A stretch of DNA of 64,000 nucleotides. Source: an uncultured Nitrososphaerota archaeon (lineage in GTDB: Archaea > Thermoproteota > Nitrososphaeria > Nitrososphaerales > Gagatemarchaeaceae). The DNA lies in assembly GCA_963838925.1 (NCBI GenBank), contig CAWISW010000003.1, forward strand, positions 256,001 to 320,000. The letters are read 5' to 3'. The position numbers were made by a program, and so were the translations under genes. The notes under the pieces were generated by a model. The model had not been told where the DNA came from and searched no databases. It saw only the letters and a list, made by a program, of their open reading frames with translations. This document shows, piece after piece, positions 37,019 through 46,218 of the stretch; the stretch's first letter is position 1, and each line of letters opens with the position of its first letter.

Positions 37019-37492
37019 TTGCTGGAAGACGACCCGGAGGAGCAGCAGACGCAGCAGCAGGAGCAGCCGCTCACCTGGCAGCAGGCCCTCGCGAACGACC
37101 CTGAGTACTACATGAACAACAAGCAGGGCCAGGAGGAGCTCGCGCAGATGATCCGAAAGGAGTCCGAGAGGCTCCTCGAGGAGATCGGCAAGTCTGTGAA
37201 GCACCAGAAGGACATCATCTGGCTCTCGAAGTGGTGCCTCTCCTGCAAGTTCCACAACGACCACGGAACGAAAGACATGTGCAACAAGTGGAACGCCCGG
37301 ATTGTGAAGCCGTTCTACGGCAGGCCGATTTGGGAGAAGCTGGAGATAAGGGGGAAGGACGAGAAGGAGCTGGTCGTCGCCGACATCGACTGGGACAGGA
37401 AGTGGAGGGAGATATCGGACAAGCTTGTCGAGTGGGCTGTCGAGAAGGTCAACGGCGGCTATCCCTACTTCTGCTATTCCAACCGCGAGTAG
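37019..37492 (+). CDS. Hypothetical protein with a putative Cys/His metal site
   Basis: Coding-like codon usage; CLSCKFH...C...C. Confidence 0.7.
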   Translation: MLEDDPEEQQTQQQEQPLTWQQALANDPEYYMNNKQGQEELAQMIRKESERLLEEIGKSVKHQKDIIWLSKWCLSCKFHNDHGTKDMCNKWNARIVKPFYGRPIWEKLEIRGKDEKELVVADIDWDRKWREISDKLVEWAVEKVNGGYPYFCYSNRE

Positions 37493-37576
37493 CCGCCCGG
37501 GACTCACCTCAACCGACCCATGACGAAAACGGACGGGTCACTCTTTATATTCTCTCGGAGGTTCGCCCGAACGTTT

Positions 37577-37695
37577 GGCCGCGGTGGTGTAGGCACTCCT
37601 AAGAAGAGTGGCGCATCTTGGTTAACATGGGAGGCTGTGGATTGCCAAATGAAGCAGACACCTCTTGATCGGGGGTTCGAGTCCCCCCCGCGGCC
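37577..37695 (+). tRNA. tRNA-His(GTG) with two introns (15/16 at 37593-37616; 37/38 at 37641-37659)
   Basis: Encoded G-1 pairing with C73; GCCGCGG/CCGCGGC acceptor; anticodon GTG at 37637-39; both introns fold as BHB. Confidence 0.9.
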
Positions 37696-37776
37696 CCTCA
37701 TCATCCATCATCTGAATAGTCCAAGATCCGCCGCGCAAAGGATTATAGCGCAGATGCCCAGTCCGACGAGTCTCTC

Positions 37777-38247
37777 ATGATTTGCCAACGATGCGGGAGG
37801 TCGGTAGACGACAGCGCGGCGTTCTGCCCCTACTGCGGAAACAACCTGAAGCAGCAGACGAGCACCACCGGCGGCGTCACCGGCTCGAGCCAGCCCATCC
37901 TCCTCATCACCGCGAACTACGCGGCCGGGTACAAGGTGGACAAGGTCCTGGGGATGGTCTACGGGATTACGGTTAGGTCGCGGGGTATAGGAGGAAACAT
38001 CGTCGCAGGCCTTAGGACAATCGCCGGCGGAGAGATCAGGGAGTACACTCAGCTCGCCCAAGTGGCGAGACAGGAAGCGCTCGACAGGCTTTCAGAGCAC
38101 GCGAAGAGCATGGGCGCCAACGCAGTGCTGAGCGTGATGTTCGACTCGACCGAGATGGCCCAGAGCATGGAGGAGATAATCGCGTTTGGGACCGCGGTCG
38201 TCGTGTCGCCCGCTTCTGGCGACCAGCAGCTAGTGAAGCTCAGCTAG
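37777..38247 (+). CDS. YbjQ/UPF0145 family protein with N-terminal zinc ribbon
   Basis: C..CG...FCPYCG; GGEIREYT, AR.EA..R, GANAV, GTAV. Confidence 0.88.
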   Translation: MICQRCGRSVDDSAAFCPYCGNNLKQQTSTTGGVTGSSQPILLITANYAAGYKVDKVLGMVYGITVRSRGIGGNIVAGLRTIAGGEIREYTQLAQVARQEALDRLSEHAKSMGANAVLSVMFDSTEMAQSMEEIIAFGTAVVVSPASGDQQLVKLS

Positions 38248-38468
38248 CCCTTCTGCTTCCACGCCTTCGCCTTCTCGCAGAAGGCGTCGGCCTCGTCCTG
38301 CGCCCTGGGGCAGTGCGCATAGTGGGTGATTATTTCTCGGAGGGCTTCCTCGACGGGCGTGGGCGCGCCGGGGCAGAGCGCGTCGAGCTGCGACCGGATT
38401 TCTGCGAGGGGCTGCCAGATATCGACTGGTATGACGACTGTCACTCCTGCTGACTTGCTAGATTTCAT
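38244..38468 (-). CDS. Small hypothetical protein, possibly ribbon-helix-helix-like
   Basis: MKSSKSAGVTVVIPVDIWQPLAEIR...; 3' part of the track ORF. Confidence 0.5.
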   Translation of the reverse strand: MKSSKSAGVTVVIPVDIWQPLAEIRSQLDALCPGAPTPVEEALREIITHYAHCPRAQDEADAFCEKAKAWKQKG

Positions 38469-38570
38469 GCTGAACGTGAAGTGCAGCCGCTCAGCCCAAT
38501 ATCTGGCTTTCGCACCGGCTTGTGCCGGGCGCACCGGCTCCACGCTTATTAGAGGACGAACGAAACTCGG

Positions 38571-39377
38571 TTGGCCTTGCCGGAGACCGAGAGGGTGAGG
38601 ATAGGCTGCAGCGGCTGGTCCTACAAGGACTGGGTCGGGCCTTTCTACCCAGCCGGCACCGAGGCCAAGGACTTCCTCAAGCTCTACTCCAAGACGTTCA
38701 ACTGCGTCGAGATTGACTCGAGCTTCTACAGAATCCCGTCGCCGGCGATGGTGAGCCACTGGAAGAGCGCGACGCCCGACGGGTTCACCTTCTCTCCGAA
38801 GCTCTCGAAGAAGATCACCCACGAGAACAAGCTCGAGAACTACGAGTCGACGCTCTTGTACTTCTACAGCGTAATGAGCAAGTTGGGGAGCAAACTTGGG
38901 CCAATAGTCGTCCAATTGCCGCCCTCGGTCAAAGTGGAGAAGCACAAGGCGGCGATGGAGAAGTTCGTCTCTTCCCTGGAGCCCAAGTTCAGGCACGCCA
39001 TCGAGTTCCGCCACAAGTCGTGGTTCACTCCGGAGACGTACAAGCTCCTCGAGGAGAACAATGTCGCGATGGCCTGGTCAATCAACCAGTATCTCGAGAC
39101 CCCACAGGAGGTGACTGCGGATTTTGTCTACCTCAGGATGGTGGGCACGCGCGAGATCACGAAGTTCACGGGCATCCAGAAGGAGATGAGAGAGGAGATG
39201 GAGCGCTGGGCAGCCGCCCTCAAGGAACAGAGAAAATCCATTCATGAGAGTTTTGTCTTCTTCAACAACCACTTCGCGGGATTCGGGCCGGAGTCCGTGA
39301 ACGAGTTCAGGAGGCTCCTTGGGATGATTGAACTCAACTGGAGCGATAGCCAGGGGTCGATGCAAGCCACACTGTAG
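38571..39377 (+). CDS. DUF72 family protein
   Basis: IGCSGWSY..W.G.FYP, VEIDSSFY, QLPPS, EFRH.SW, FFNNH. Confidence 0.92.
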   Translation: MALPETERVRIGCSGWSYKDWVGPFYPAGTEAKDFLKLYSKTFNCVEIDSSFYRIPSPAMVSHWKSATPDGFTFSPKLSKKITHENKLENYESTLLYFYSVMSKLGSKLGPIVVQLPPSVKVEKHKAAMEKFVSSLEPKFRHAIEFRHKSWFTPETYKLLEENNVAMAWSINQYLETPQEVTADFVYLRMVGTREITKFTGIQKEMREEMERWAAALKEQRKSIHESFVFFNNHFAGFGPESVNEFRRLLGMIELNWSDSQGSMQATL

Positions 39378-39387
39378 TGCTTCCCAG

Positions 39388-40482
39388 ATGTCGCAGAGCG
39401 AATGGCGTGTCATCTTCCACGTGGACCTCGACGCCTTCTACGTCTCCGTGGAGGTCAAGGACAACCCCTCCCTCAAGGGCCTCCCTGTCGTGGTCGGGGC
39501 TGACCCCGCAGGGGGAAAGGCGCGGGGTGTCGTGATGACCTGCTCTTACGAGGCGAGAAAGCTCGGTCTCAGGTCAGGGATGCCAATCTCCACCGCGTAC
39601 AGACTCTGTCCTGACGCGGTGTACCTCCCGCCACGGTGGGAACGTTACGGCGAGGTCTCGATGCGGGTGATGGATCTCCTCAGGGGGTACGCCGACAAGT
39701 TCGAACAGACCGGAATCGACGAGGGGTTCCTGGATGTCTCAGACCGTGCCAAGAGCGTCGAGGCGGCGAAGGACCTCGCCATGGCGATCAAGAAAGACAT
39801 ACGGGAATCGTTGGGGATAACTTGCTCCATCGGCATCGCGCCGAACAAGTCCCTGGCGAAGATCGCCTCGGACAGACAGAAGCCAGACGGGCTGACCGTC
39901 GTCCCCTTCGACGACCCGAGGGGGTTCCTCGCGCCGCTCCCCGTCGCCGTCATCCCCGGGGTAGGGGCCAAGACCCAGGCCTTCTTGAAGGAGAAAGGAA
40001 TTGCGACGATCGGGGAGCTCCAGAAGGTGTCCGGTCAGGAACTGTTGAAGTGGTTCGGAAAGACCGGGGTGTGGCTCTGGGGCGTCATCCAAGCCGAAGA
40101 GAAGCTTTCGGTCTTCGAGAGGGACATGCTGAAGTCGATGAGCGTGGAGAGGACCTTCGGCGAGGACGTCGAAGACTTTGAGCACGTCTACGCCCAGGTC
40201 GATGTCGAAGCCCGCGAGCTCGCCGAGAGGGTGCGCGATGCCGACCTCAAGTTCAAGGTGGCGGGAATCAAGATCCGTTTCAAGGGGTTCCAGACCTTCA
40301 CGCGAGAGACGACGCTCACCGGCTTCACCGACAGCGAAGAAACCCTGAGGCGCGAGGCTCGCATCCTCCTCAAGGAGTTCGAGTACAAGAAGAGACCGGT
40401 GAGGCTGGTGGGGCTCCGCGTCTCGCAGCTCAAGCGCGAGAAGGAGGCCTTGGCCAGGCTGGACGAGTGGGCCGGAAACTGA
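39388..40482 (+). CDS. dinB: Y-family DNA polymerase IV
   Basis: HVDLDAFY, SYEAR, GIDEGFLD, AKIASD..KPDG, little-finger RLVG. Confidence 0.95.
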   Translation: MSQSEWRVIFHVDLDAFYVSVEVKDNPSLKGLPVVVGADPAGGKARGVVMTCSYEARKLGLRSGMPISTAYRLCPDAVYLPPRWERYGEVSMRVMDLLRGYADKFEQTGIDEGFLDVSDRAKSVEAAKDLAMAIKKDIRESLGITCSIGIAPNKSLAKIASDRQKPDGLTVVPFDDPRGFLAPLPVAVIPGVGAKTQAFLKEKGIATIGELQKVSGQELLKWFGKTGVWLWGVIQAEEKLSVFERDMLKSMSVERTFGEDVEDFEHVYAQVDVEARELAERVRDADLKFKVAGIKIRFKGFQTFTRETTLTGFTDSEETLRREARILLKEFEYKKRPVRLVGLRVSQLKREKEALARLDEWAGN

Positions 40483-40489
40483 CGGCTGC

Positions 40490-43123
40490 CTACCTGACGC
40501 GCCTTCGTCTCAAGGCAGCGTAGGCGGCTAGGGCAACCAACACGGCCGCACCTGCCACCGCCCCGAAGTCTGGCAGGCTCCCTGGGAGCCTCACGTCGAC
40601 CTGCTTGGCTTGTCCGGCCACGGTCGCGCTCGTCTGCTGCGAGAATCCCAAGTAGGAGACGGTGGCGTTGAAGCGCCCCAGCGGGATCGGCCCCATGGAG
40701 ACGGTGCCGTCCGCACCGGTGCTCCGCGTGATGGAGGTGCCGTTGGCGAGCTGCACGTGCGCCGATGCGCCAGAGATCGGAACCTGCAGGTAGTCCGTGA
40801 CCCTGAGAGTCGCGTCGTATACCGCCGCGGCGACCGTGACGTTCTGGGGGGCGTCTACGGTCGTGACCTGCGGAGCCGGTTTCACGTCCGAGCCCTCCCA
40901 GATCAGGTGCTGGATCACGAACGAAGAGCCAGCGTCAAGCCACGCGCTCGACCCCTGGACGTCGATTGTGGAGTTGGGCTGCGAGACAGAAATCTGGAAC
41001 GTCGTCGGAGTGATCGTTCTAGAGCCCACCGCGTCCGTGAAGCTGAATGCGACCAAGTATTGCTCGGCAGAGCCGAACGCCAGCTGGCGTAGCCCGTCCA
41101 AGATGATTGGCGGGGTAGAGAAGGCGCCGGACCCGTTCATCGGGACCACGACCGGCTGGGCGCCCCCACCGTCGAGGCTGAAGGAGACGAGCGCTTCGCG
41201 GCTGACGGCAGTTGCCCCCCACGTGCTAGCCGTGGAGACCGTGACAGAGGACCCCGAGTCGTAGAACCCGTCGCCTGTCGGAGACGGCGGGGTGATGGAC
41301 GTGGCGAACCCTCCTGAGACCGAGAGCAGGTATTGCTGGCCGTACACGAGCTCTAGGGGAGCGGCGGAGGAGACCGTACCGTTGCTGAGGGGGGCGAACC
41401 ATCGCTGCGTGGCCGTCGACCCTGGAAGGGGGTTCGTGGCCGAGTACCCGCCGCCCGCGTCGAGCCAGACCCCCTGAGGCGATTGGCCTAACGAGATGTC
41501 GAGCGTCTTCCCAAGAGAAGAGGAGGCGAGGACCGGCGGCGAGGACCCGGCGCCCCCACCAGCGTAAGAGACCGGGACGAAGAACTGGTGGTAGTATTGC
41601 AGCGTCACAGAGCCCGGGGAGGCGACGCTCCCGCTCGTCGTACGAGCAATCCATCTCTCGTCGGAGCTCGAGCCGGGGAGCTGGCTCGTGTAGTTGTAGC
41701 TCGACCGCGCGTCGGCCCAGACTCCCTGACCCGCGCCCGACGGCGACGCGGTGGCCGACTCGGGGGCGCCCAGCTGCGTGACCTCGACCGAGGGCGCCGA
41801 GTACCCGCTCCCCCCTCCTGTTACGTCGAACCCGAAGCCGACCTTGTACTGGTGGTAGTAGTCGAACTCGAATGTCTCAGCGAACCTGAGCGTCCCGCTC
41901 GTGGTCTGGACCACCTGCCACCTCTCGCTCGAGGTCGAGCCTCCGAGCGTCCCGGTGACGTTCCAGACGCTCCCGGAGTCCACGTTCAGGTTCTGGGGCG
42001 TGGTTGACAGCAGCGTGTTCTCGAGGACGCCGCCGGAGAAGTAGGTGAACGTGGGCGGCGTGAAGCCAGAGCCTCCGCCCAGAGCCTGGTAGTTTGCGAC
42101 CACCTTGAGCGTAGGGACCGCGGCCGGAAGGAAGCAACCCCCTGCCTTGTTGCTCCACATCTCCTGGACGAGGTACTTGTCGCCGTTGAGCAAGATGTTG
42201 CTGCCGTCGCCGGCGACCGTGCCGAACCTCCAGACGCACTCGTCGGCTATCTCGTGGTCCGTGTCCTGGTAGTACCAGCCGTTGAATACGGGGTCGGTCA
42301 CCGCCTCGAAGCCCTCGTGCGCTACCAGGTTGACCGCAGAGTCGGCGAAGGCGGCCCCGTTGGGCGCGGCGGCCCCGGTCGCCGTAGTCGCCAAGCAGGA
42401 TCCAGTGTTTGCGTTTCCGGGATCAGGGATGTCCGCGTATATCACATCCTCACCGTTCGAGGCTTCGAAGGCGGAGTGGTAGGCGCAGTATCCGTTGTAT
42501 GAGCATGTGTCCCCCGCGCAGCCGAAGACGTTCTCCCCAGTGAAGACGAAGAACTCGTTGTTCCCGTTGCCCGCCGACCAGCCGTTCGCGCTCATCGCCT
42601 TGGTCACCTCCGCTTCAATGTCGGAGTCCTGGAGCGGGTTCGCCCTCGTCCCCTCCGAGCCGGGATATGGCGAAGTGTCCAGCCACGACCCTCCGAAGGG
42701 GGTGGCAAACCCCGGCCCGCCTGACGCGTCCGTGTATTGCTGAACTATCGAGTAGTAGGCCGTGTTCGAGAGGTCCCTGAGGTACTGTCCGACAAGCCCT
42801 TCGTAGCTGGCGTCGCTGGCGTTGGCGTAGGGGTGGTCTATCGAGGGGGAGTCGAAGTGATATCCCGAAGGCAGCCAGAATATGGCGTAATTGGTCACCG
42901 AGTGCATGACCGGCCCGCCGTGGCTCGTGACGTTGCCGACCGAAGACGTGGCCGTCCCGACCAGGGCACACCGCGCGCAAAGATCCTGCGGCATGAAGAG
43001 CGGAGTGTGCGCCCCGCCAAAGCCTGGATGGCCGCTGGCCGGCTGCAGCGCCTGAAGGCCGTAGGCGAGCCTGGGCGCAGCGAGTAGCAGGCAGATGGAA
43101 ACGAGAAGGATGACCGCTTTCGT
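40490..43123 (-). CDS. Surface protein: PHI-1/EXORDIUM-like domain, beta-sandwich repeats, C-terminal TM anchor (probable ACG start)
   Basis: GGPVM, CAYHS, AHEGFEAVTDP, GWY, EIADEC; repeated YYHQ/W.D.G/PGS...RW units; in-frame signal peptide upstream of the track start 42994. Confidence 0.75.
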   Translation of the reverse strand, partial: TKAVILLVSICLLLAAPRLAYGLQALQPASGHPGFGGAHTPLFMPQDLCARCALVGTATSSVGNVTSHGGPVMHSVTNYAIFWLPSGYHFDSPSIDHPYANASDASYEGLVGQYLRDLSNTAYYSIVQQYTDASGGPGFATPFGGSWLDTSPYPGSEGTRANPLQDSDIEAEVTKAMSANGWSAGNGNNEFFVFTGENVFGCAGDTCSYNGYCAYHSAFEASNGEDVIYADIPDPGNANTGSCLATTATGAAAPNGAAFADSAVNLVAHEGFEAVTDPVFNGWYYQDTDHEIADECVWRFGTVAGDGSNILLNGDKYLVQEMWSNKAGGCFLPAAVPTLKVVANYQALGGGSGFTPPTFTYFSGGVLENTLLSTTPQNLNVDSGSVWNVTGTLGGSTSSERWQVVQTTSGTLRFAETFEFDYYHQYKVGFGFDVTGGGSGYSAPSVEVTQLGAPESATASPSGAGQGVWADARSSYNYTSQLPGSSSDERWIARTTSGSVASPGSVTLQYYHQFFVPVSYAGGGAGSSPPVLASSSLGKTLDISLGQSPQGVWLDAGGGYSATNPLPGSTATQRWFAPLSNGTVSSAAPLELVYGQQYLLSVSGGFATSITPPSPTGDGFYDSGSSVTVSTASTWGATAVSREALVSFSLDGGGAQPVVVPMNGSGAFSTPPIILDGLRQLAFGSAEQYLVAFSFTDAVGSRTITPTTFQISVSQPNSTIDVQGSSAWLDAGSSFVIQHLIWEGSDVKPAPQVTTVDAPQNVTVAAAVYDATLRVTDYLQVPISGASAHVQLANGTSITRSTGADGTVSMGPIPLGRFNATVSYLGFSQQTSATVAGQAKQVDVRLPGSLPDFGAVAGAAVLVALAAYAALRRRRVR

Positions 43124-43234
43124 GCTTCCGACGGGCCCTCCCCGGCTTAATATCTTCGTGCGAATTAGTCGGCCTGCGAGGCGCGCCGACCCAAACGGAC
43201 ATATCGCGCACTTGGGTAGGCGCGGACGCTCCTA

Positions 43235-43696
43235 TTGGTGATCGAGGCCACCGTCTGCCACGTGTTTCGGGGCCGAAGACTGCTCCTGAAGAAGGCCAGC
43301 AGGGGAATAAGCGTCGGCAAGTGGAACGCGCCAGGAGGCAAGTCGGAACGCGGGGAGTCGCCCGAGGCGTGCGCCCGGCGGGAGGTCCTGGAGGAGACCG
43401 GCCTCAGAGTCTCCGACCTCTTCTACCACGGCGCGCTAACGTTCATGATGGACGGGGGGAAGACCCGCCACACGATAGCCCACCTCTTCTCCACGAAGAA
43501 GGCCAGAGGAAGAGCGAGGTCTAGCGACGAGGGGCGCGTCAAGTGGTTCCCTCTGGACACGCTCCCCTACGACGAGATGTGGGAGGACGACCAGCTGTGG
43601 ATCCCCCTCATGCTGAGGGGCGTCAAGTTCGACGCGACCTTCAGCTACGACGAGGCCAACCGCCACGTGACGGCCTTCGCAATCACTTCGAGGTAG
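43235..43696 (+). CDS. Nudix hydrolase, MutT/MTH1-like
   Basis: WNAPGGK...GES...CARREVLEETGL; PYDEMWEDD. Confidence 0.88.
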   Translation: MVIEATVCHVFRGRRLLLKKASRGISVGKWNAPGGKSERGESPEACARREVLEETGLRVSDLFYHGALTFMMDGGKTRHTIAHLFSTKKARGRARSSDEGRVKWFPLDTLPYDEMWEDDQLWIPLMLRGVKFDATFSYDEANRHVTAFAITSR

Positions 43697-43716
43697 GCCG
43701 GCCGACTAGGCTCGGG

Positions 43717-44658
43717 TCAGATGCCGAGCGCTTGCCGGAGGCCCTTGTACCTGTTTCGGAGCGTGACCTCGGTGATTGACGCGGCGTCGGCGATGTCCTT
43801 CTGAGTCTTGCCGTTGCCCTCGAGGGTGGAAGCCACGTAGAGAGCGGCTGCCGCCAGTCCCATCGGGTCCTTCCCGGCGACGATCTCCTTCTGGTGTGCC
43901 TTTGTCAGGATCTCCAGCGCCCTTCTCTTCGTCTTCTCTCCGACGACCGCCCTTGACGCGATCCTCGAGACCGACTTTATCGGGTCCGGGACCGGCATCT
44001 GGAGGTCCATCTCCCTCACGAGTATCCTGTACGACCTCGCCAGGTCCTTCTTGCTCACGTTGCTGACCGCGGCGACATCCTTGAGCGTCCTTGGGACCTC
44101 CATGTCCCTGCACGCGGCGTAGAGAGCCGCGGCCGAGATCTGGATGATCGACCTGCCCCTCGTCACGCCCCTCTCCACCGCCTTCCGGTAGATGTACGCA
44201 GCCCGCTCTACCACCTCGTCTCCCACGGAGAGCTTCTCCGCGAACATCTTCATCTCGTTGAAGGCCTGCCTCAGGTTTCTGTCGAAGGAGTTGGCAGCCT
44301 GGCTCCTCTTGTCCCATATCCTCACCCTGTCCATCGTGTGCCTCATGGGGCCTGAGAGCGAGGAGCCCGAGGCGTCGCGGTTGGATGAGCCTATCACCGT
44401 CGAGAGACCCATGTCGAACGATGTAATCGACGTCGGCATTCCCGTCCTGGCCTTGCTTGCGCCGCCCTGGTCGTCTTGGAAAGACCTCCATTCTGGTCTT
44501 GTCTCCTCTAGCCTTTCCTTCATCACGTACCCGCAGTTTGTACAATAGAACTCCCCTGTGTTCGAATCCTCCGCCAGGGGGCCCTTTCCGCAACGCGGAC
44601 ACTTGTCCGCCTTGCCTTGTCTCCCTTTTAGCCCGGGAGAGTCCAGTCTATACGACAC
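43717..44658 (-). CDS. tfb: Transcription initiation factor IIB
   Basis: Zn ribbon CPRCG..C.NCG, PEWRSF, cyclin repeats GR/PRTL, GKDP.GLAAA, TEVTLRNR. Confidence 0.96.
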   Translation of the reverse strand: MSYRLDSPGLKGRQGKADKCPRCGKGPLAEDSNTGEFYCTNCGYVMKERLEETRPEWRSFQDDQGGASKARTGMPTSITSFDMGLSTVIGSSNRDASGSSLSGPMRHTMDRVRIWDKRSQAANSFDRNLRQAFNEMKMFAEKLSVGDEVVERAAYIYRKAVERGVTRGRSIIQISAAALYAACRDMEVPRTLKDVAAVSNVSKKDLARSYRILVREMDLQMPVPDPIKSVSRIASRAVVGEKTKRRALEILTKAHQKEIVAGKDPMGLAAAALYVASTLEGNGKTQKDIADAASITEVTLRNRYKGLRQALGI

Positions 44659-44716
44659 TTTCTATCACTATTGTTATAATGTCCATCGCTTATATTTAAA
44701 TCTATTGGGACAAATA

Positions 44717-44748
44717 ACGATAAATCGTGCTTTCCCACGAGCTATCGT
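44717..44748. promoter_or_regulatory. Tandem ACGA-N4-TCGT operator-like palindromes between divergent tfb and wHTH genes
   Basis: ACGATAAATCGT (44717-28) and ACGAGCTATCGT (44737-48), 20 bp apart, in an AT-rich promoter region. Confidence 0.5.
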
Positions 44749-44795
44749 AGGCTTCCCGTAAACTCTAAAAGAGCCCTCGGCCTAACAAATGGTGG

Positions 44796-45155
44796 ATGCT
44801 CCAGGTCAAGACAAAGGAGGTCTCTAGTCGACTTGGTAAGTTCACGGTCATCAAGATTGGCCAGATGGTTTTGATTGGCCAGTGCGATTCAAGAATGAAG
44901 ATTCTTGCCGCCCTTTCGCAAGACGCCTTGACCGGTGAGGAGTTAACTCGAGAGATAGGCATATCCTACTCAGCCGTGATGGACCACATGGACTGCCTGG
45001 AAAGGCTGGGGCTGGTCAGGGTTTCTCTAAAGAGAGGAGATGGAGGAGACGGAAAGAGGAAGAGGAGAATATTTCGCTTCCACTTGAGCGAAGATCCTTC
45101 TGGAAGGAATCGAAGAACTCTTCCTTACGAAAACCTAGTTGAGCCCAGTAGGTAG
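44796..45155 (+). CDS. ArsR-like winged-helix regulator
   Basis: SRMKILAAL...LT.EEL.REIGISYSAV..H...LERLGLV. Confidence 0.75.
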   Translation: MLQVKTKEVSSRLGKFTVIKIGQMVLIGQCDSRMKILAALSQDALTGEELTREIGISYSAVMDHMDCLERLGLVRVSLKRGDGGDGKRKRRIFRFHLSEDPSGRNRRTLPYENLVEPSR

Positions 45156-45179
45156 TACGACTTCTTCACCGTACAGCGA

Positions 45180-45659
45180 CTATTGAAGCTCCTCCCACCA
45201 GTCGTTGTCTATGATGCGAATGCCTAGATCGTATTTCGTGGCAGCATCTGCCAGCATCAATGCAAACCTGAATGTCGGTCCTACCGGGCTACCACTCGGA
45301 CTGCGGAAGTAGTAATAGTCCAGCGAGCCTCCATTCTCGTCTAGATAGCGCAGGTAACTCAGTAGTTGTATCTTCGGGCTGCCTCCACCTCTCGTTACGG
45401 AGGCCTTGTTCTCGACCAAACCTCCCTTTCGGGTCTTATTGTCCACCTTAAAGACGAAAGCTCCCCATCTGTATGGGACCTTCACGCGCAGTTTGACTTC
45501 GGTCTTGCCGCCTTCCTTCTCGTACACGTAAGCGTTGCACAACCGTGGAACATAGTGCCTGAAATTGTCTTCCTCTTTTTTGGTGGCGGGAGCTGGATTA
45601 GTCCACGTTGATTCGTCGTTAGTGAACCTCGTCGGGTGGTCTTGGAATCCGGGGACCAC
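45180..45659 (-). CDS. PD-(D/E)XK nuclease-fold protein, toxin-REase-like
   Basis: AYVYE...VDN.....LVENKA...QLLSY arrangement. Confidence 0.5.
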   Translation of the reverse strand: MVPGFQDHPTRFTNDESTWTNPAPATKKEEDNFRHYVPRLCNAYVYEKEGGKTEVKLRVKVPYRWGAFVFKVDNKTRKGGLVENKASVTRGGGSPKIQLLSYLRYLDENGGSLDYYYFRSPSGSPVGPTFRFALMLADAATKYDLGIRIIDNDWWEELQ

Positions 45660-45665
45660 TTACTA

Positions 45666-46097
45666 TCATCCTGTTGTGATAAGGCTCTGCCTGCGCAGCT
45701 CTGCGAGAGTCACGGCCATCGGCACGACGCATGCGGTCGCGAGCATCACCAAAATCGAAGCCGGGATTTCGCCAATCCAGAGGAATGGCAGGAAGACGTT
45801 GAAGGCGTCGTGAATGAAGACTGCCCCGGTTAGGCCGAGAATCGCCCCTGCGATGACAACCTTCTTCGTACTTGGCCGCCTCATGAAGAAGCATATGGGA
45901 AGGATGAGCGAGGAGATCACCACCACATACATCGGATAGTAAGCGACGCTGATGGGATAGTCGAAGAAGAACATGAAAATCGTCGCAATGGCGTAGTGGG
46001 AGAGCGCAACGTTGGCGAGGGCTATCAATATGGCCAGCATCATCGTCACAAGAAACAGTCTGTCGTCTTTGGCGACAGGAGATGCCATGAAAGACAA
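45666..46097 (-). CDS. 4-TM membrane protein
   Basis: Four hydrophobic segments; ends 6 bp upstream of the nuclease-like gene. Confidence 0.7.
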   Translation of the reverse strand: MSFMASPVAKDDRLFLVTMMLAILIALANVALSHYAIATIFMFFFDYPISVAYYPMYVVVISSLILPICFFMRRPSTKKVVIAGAILGLTGAVFIHDAFNVFLPFLWIGEIPASILVMLATACVVPMAVTLAELRRQSLITTG

Positions 46098-46218
46098 ACA
46101 TGGCCCGCCTTATCAGCGCCCACACAGGCAAGACGGCCGCTTCATCGGATGCGACGCAGAAACGGCGAGCTGACCTCCTAACATCACTTATTACTCATCC
46201 ACGCCTCATCCGCAGCCC

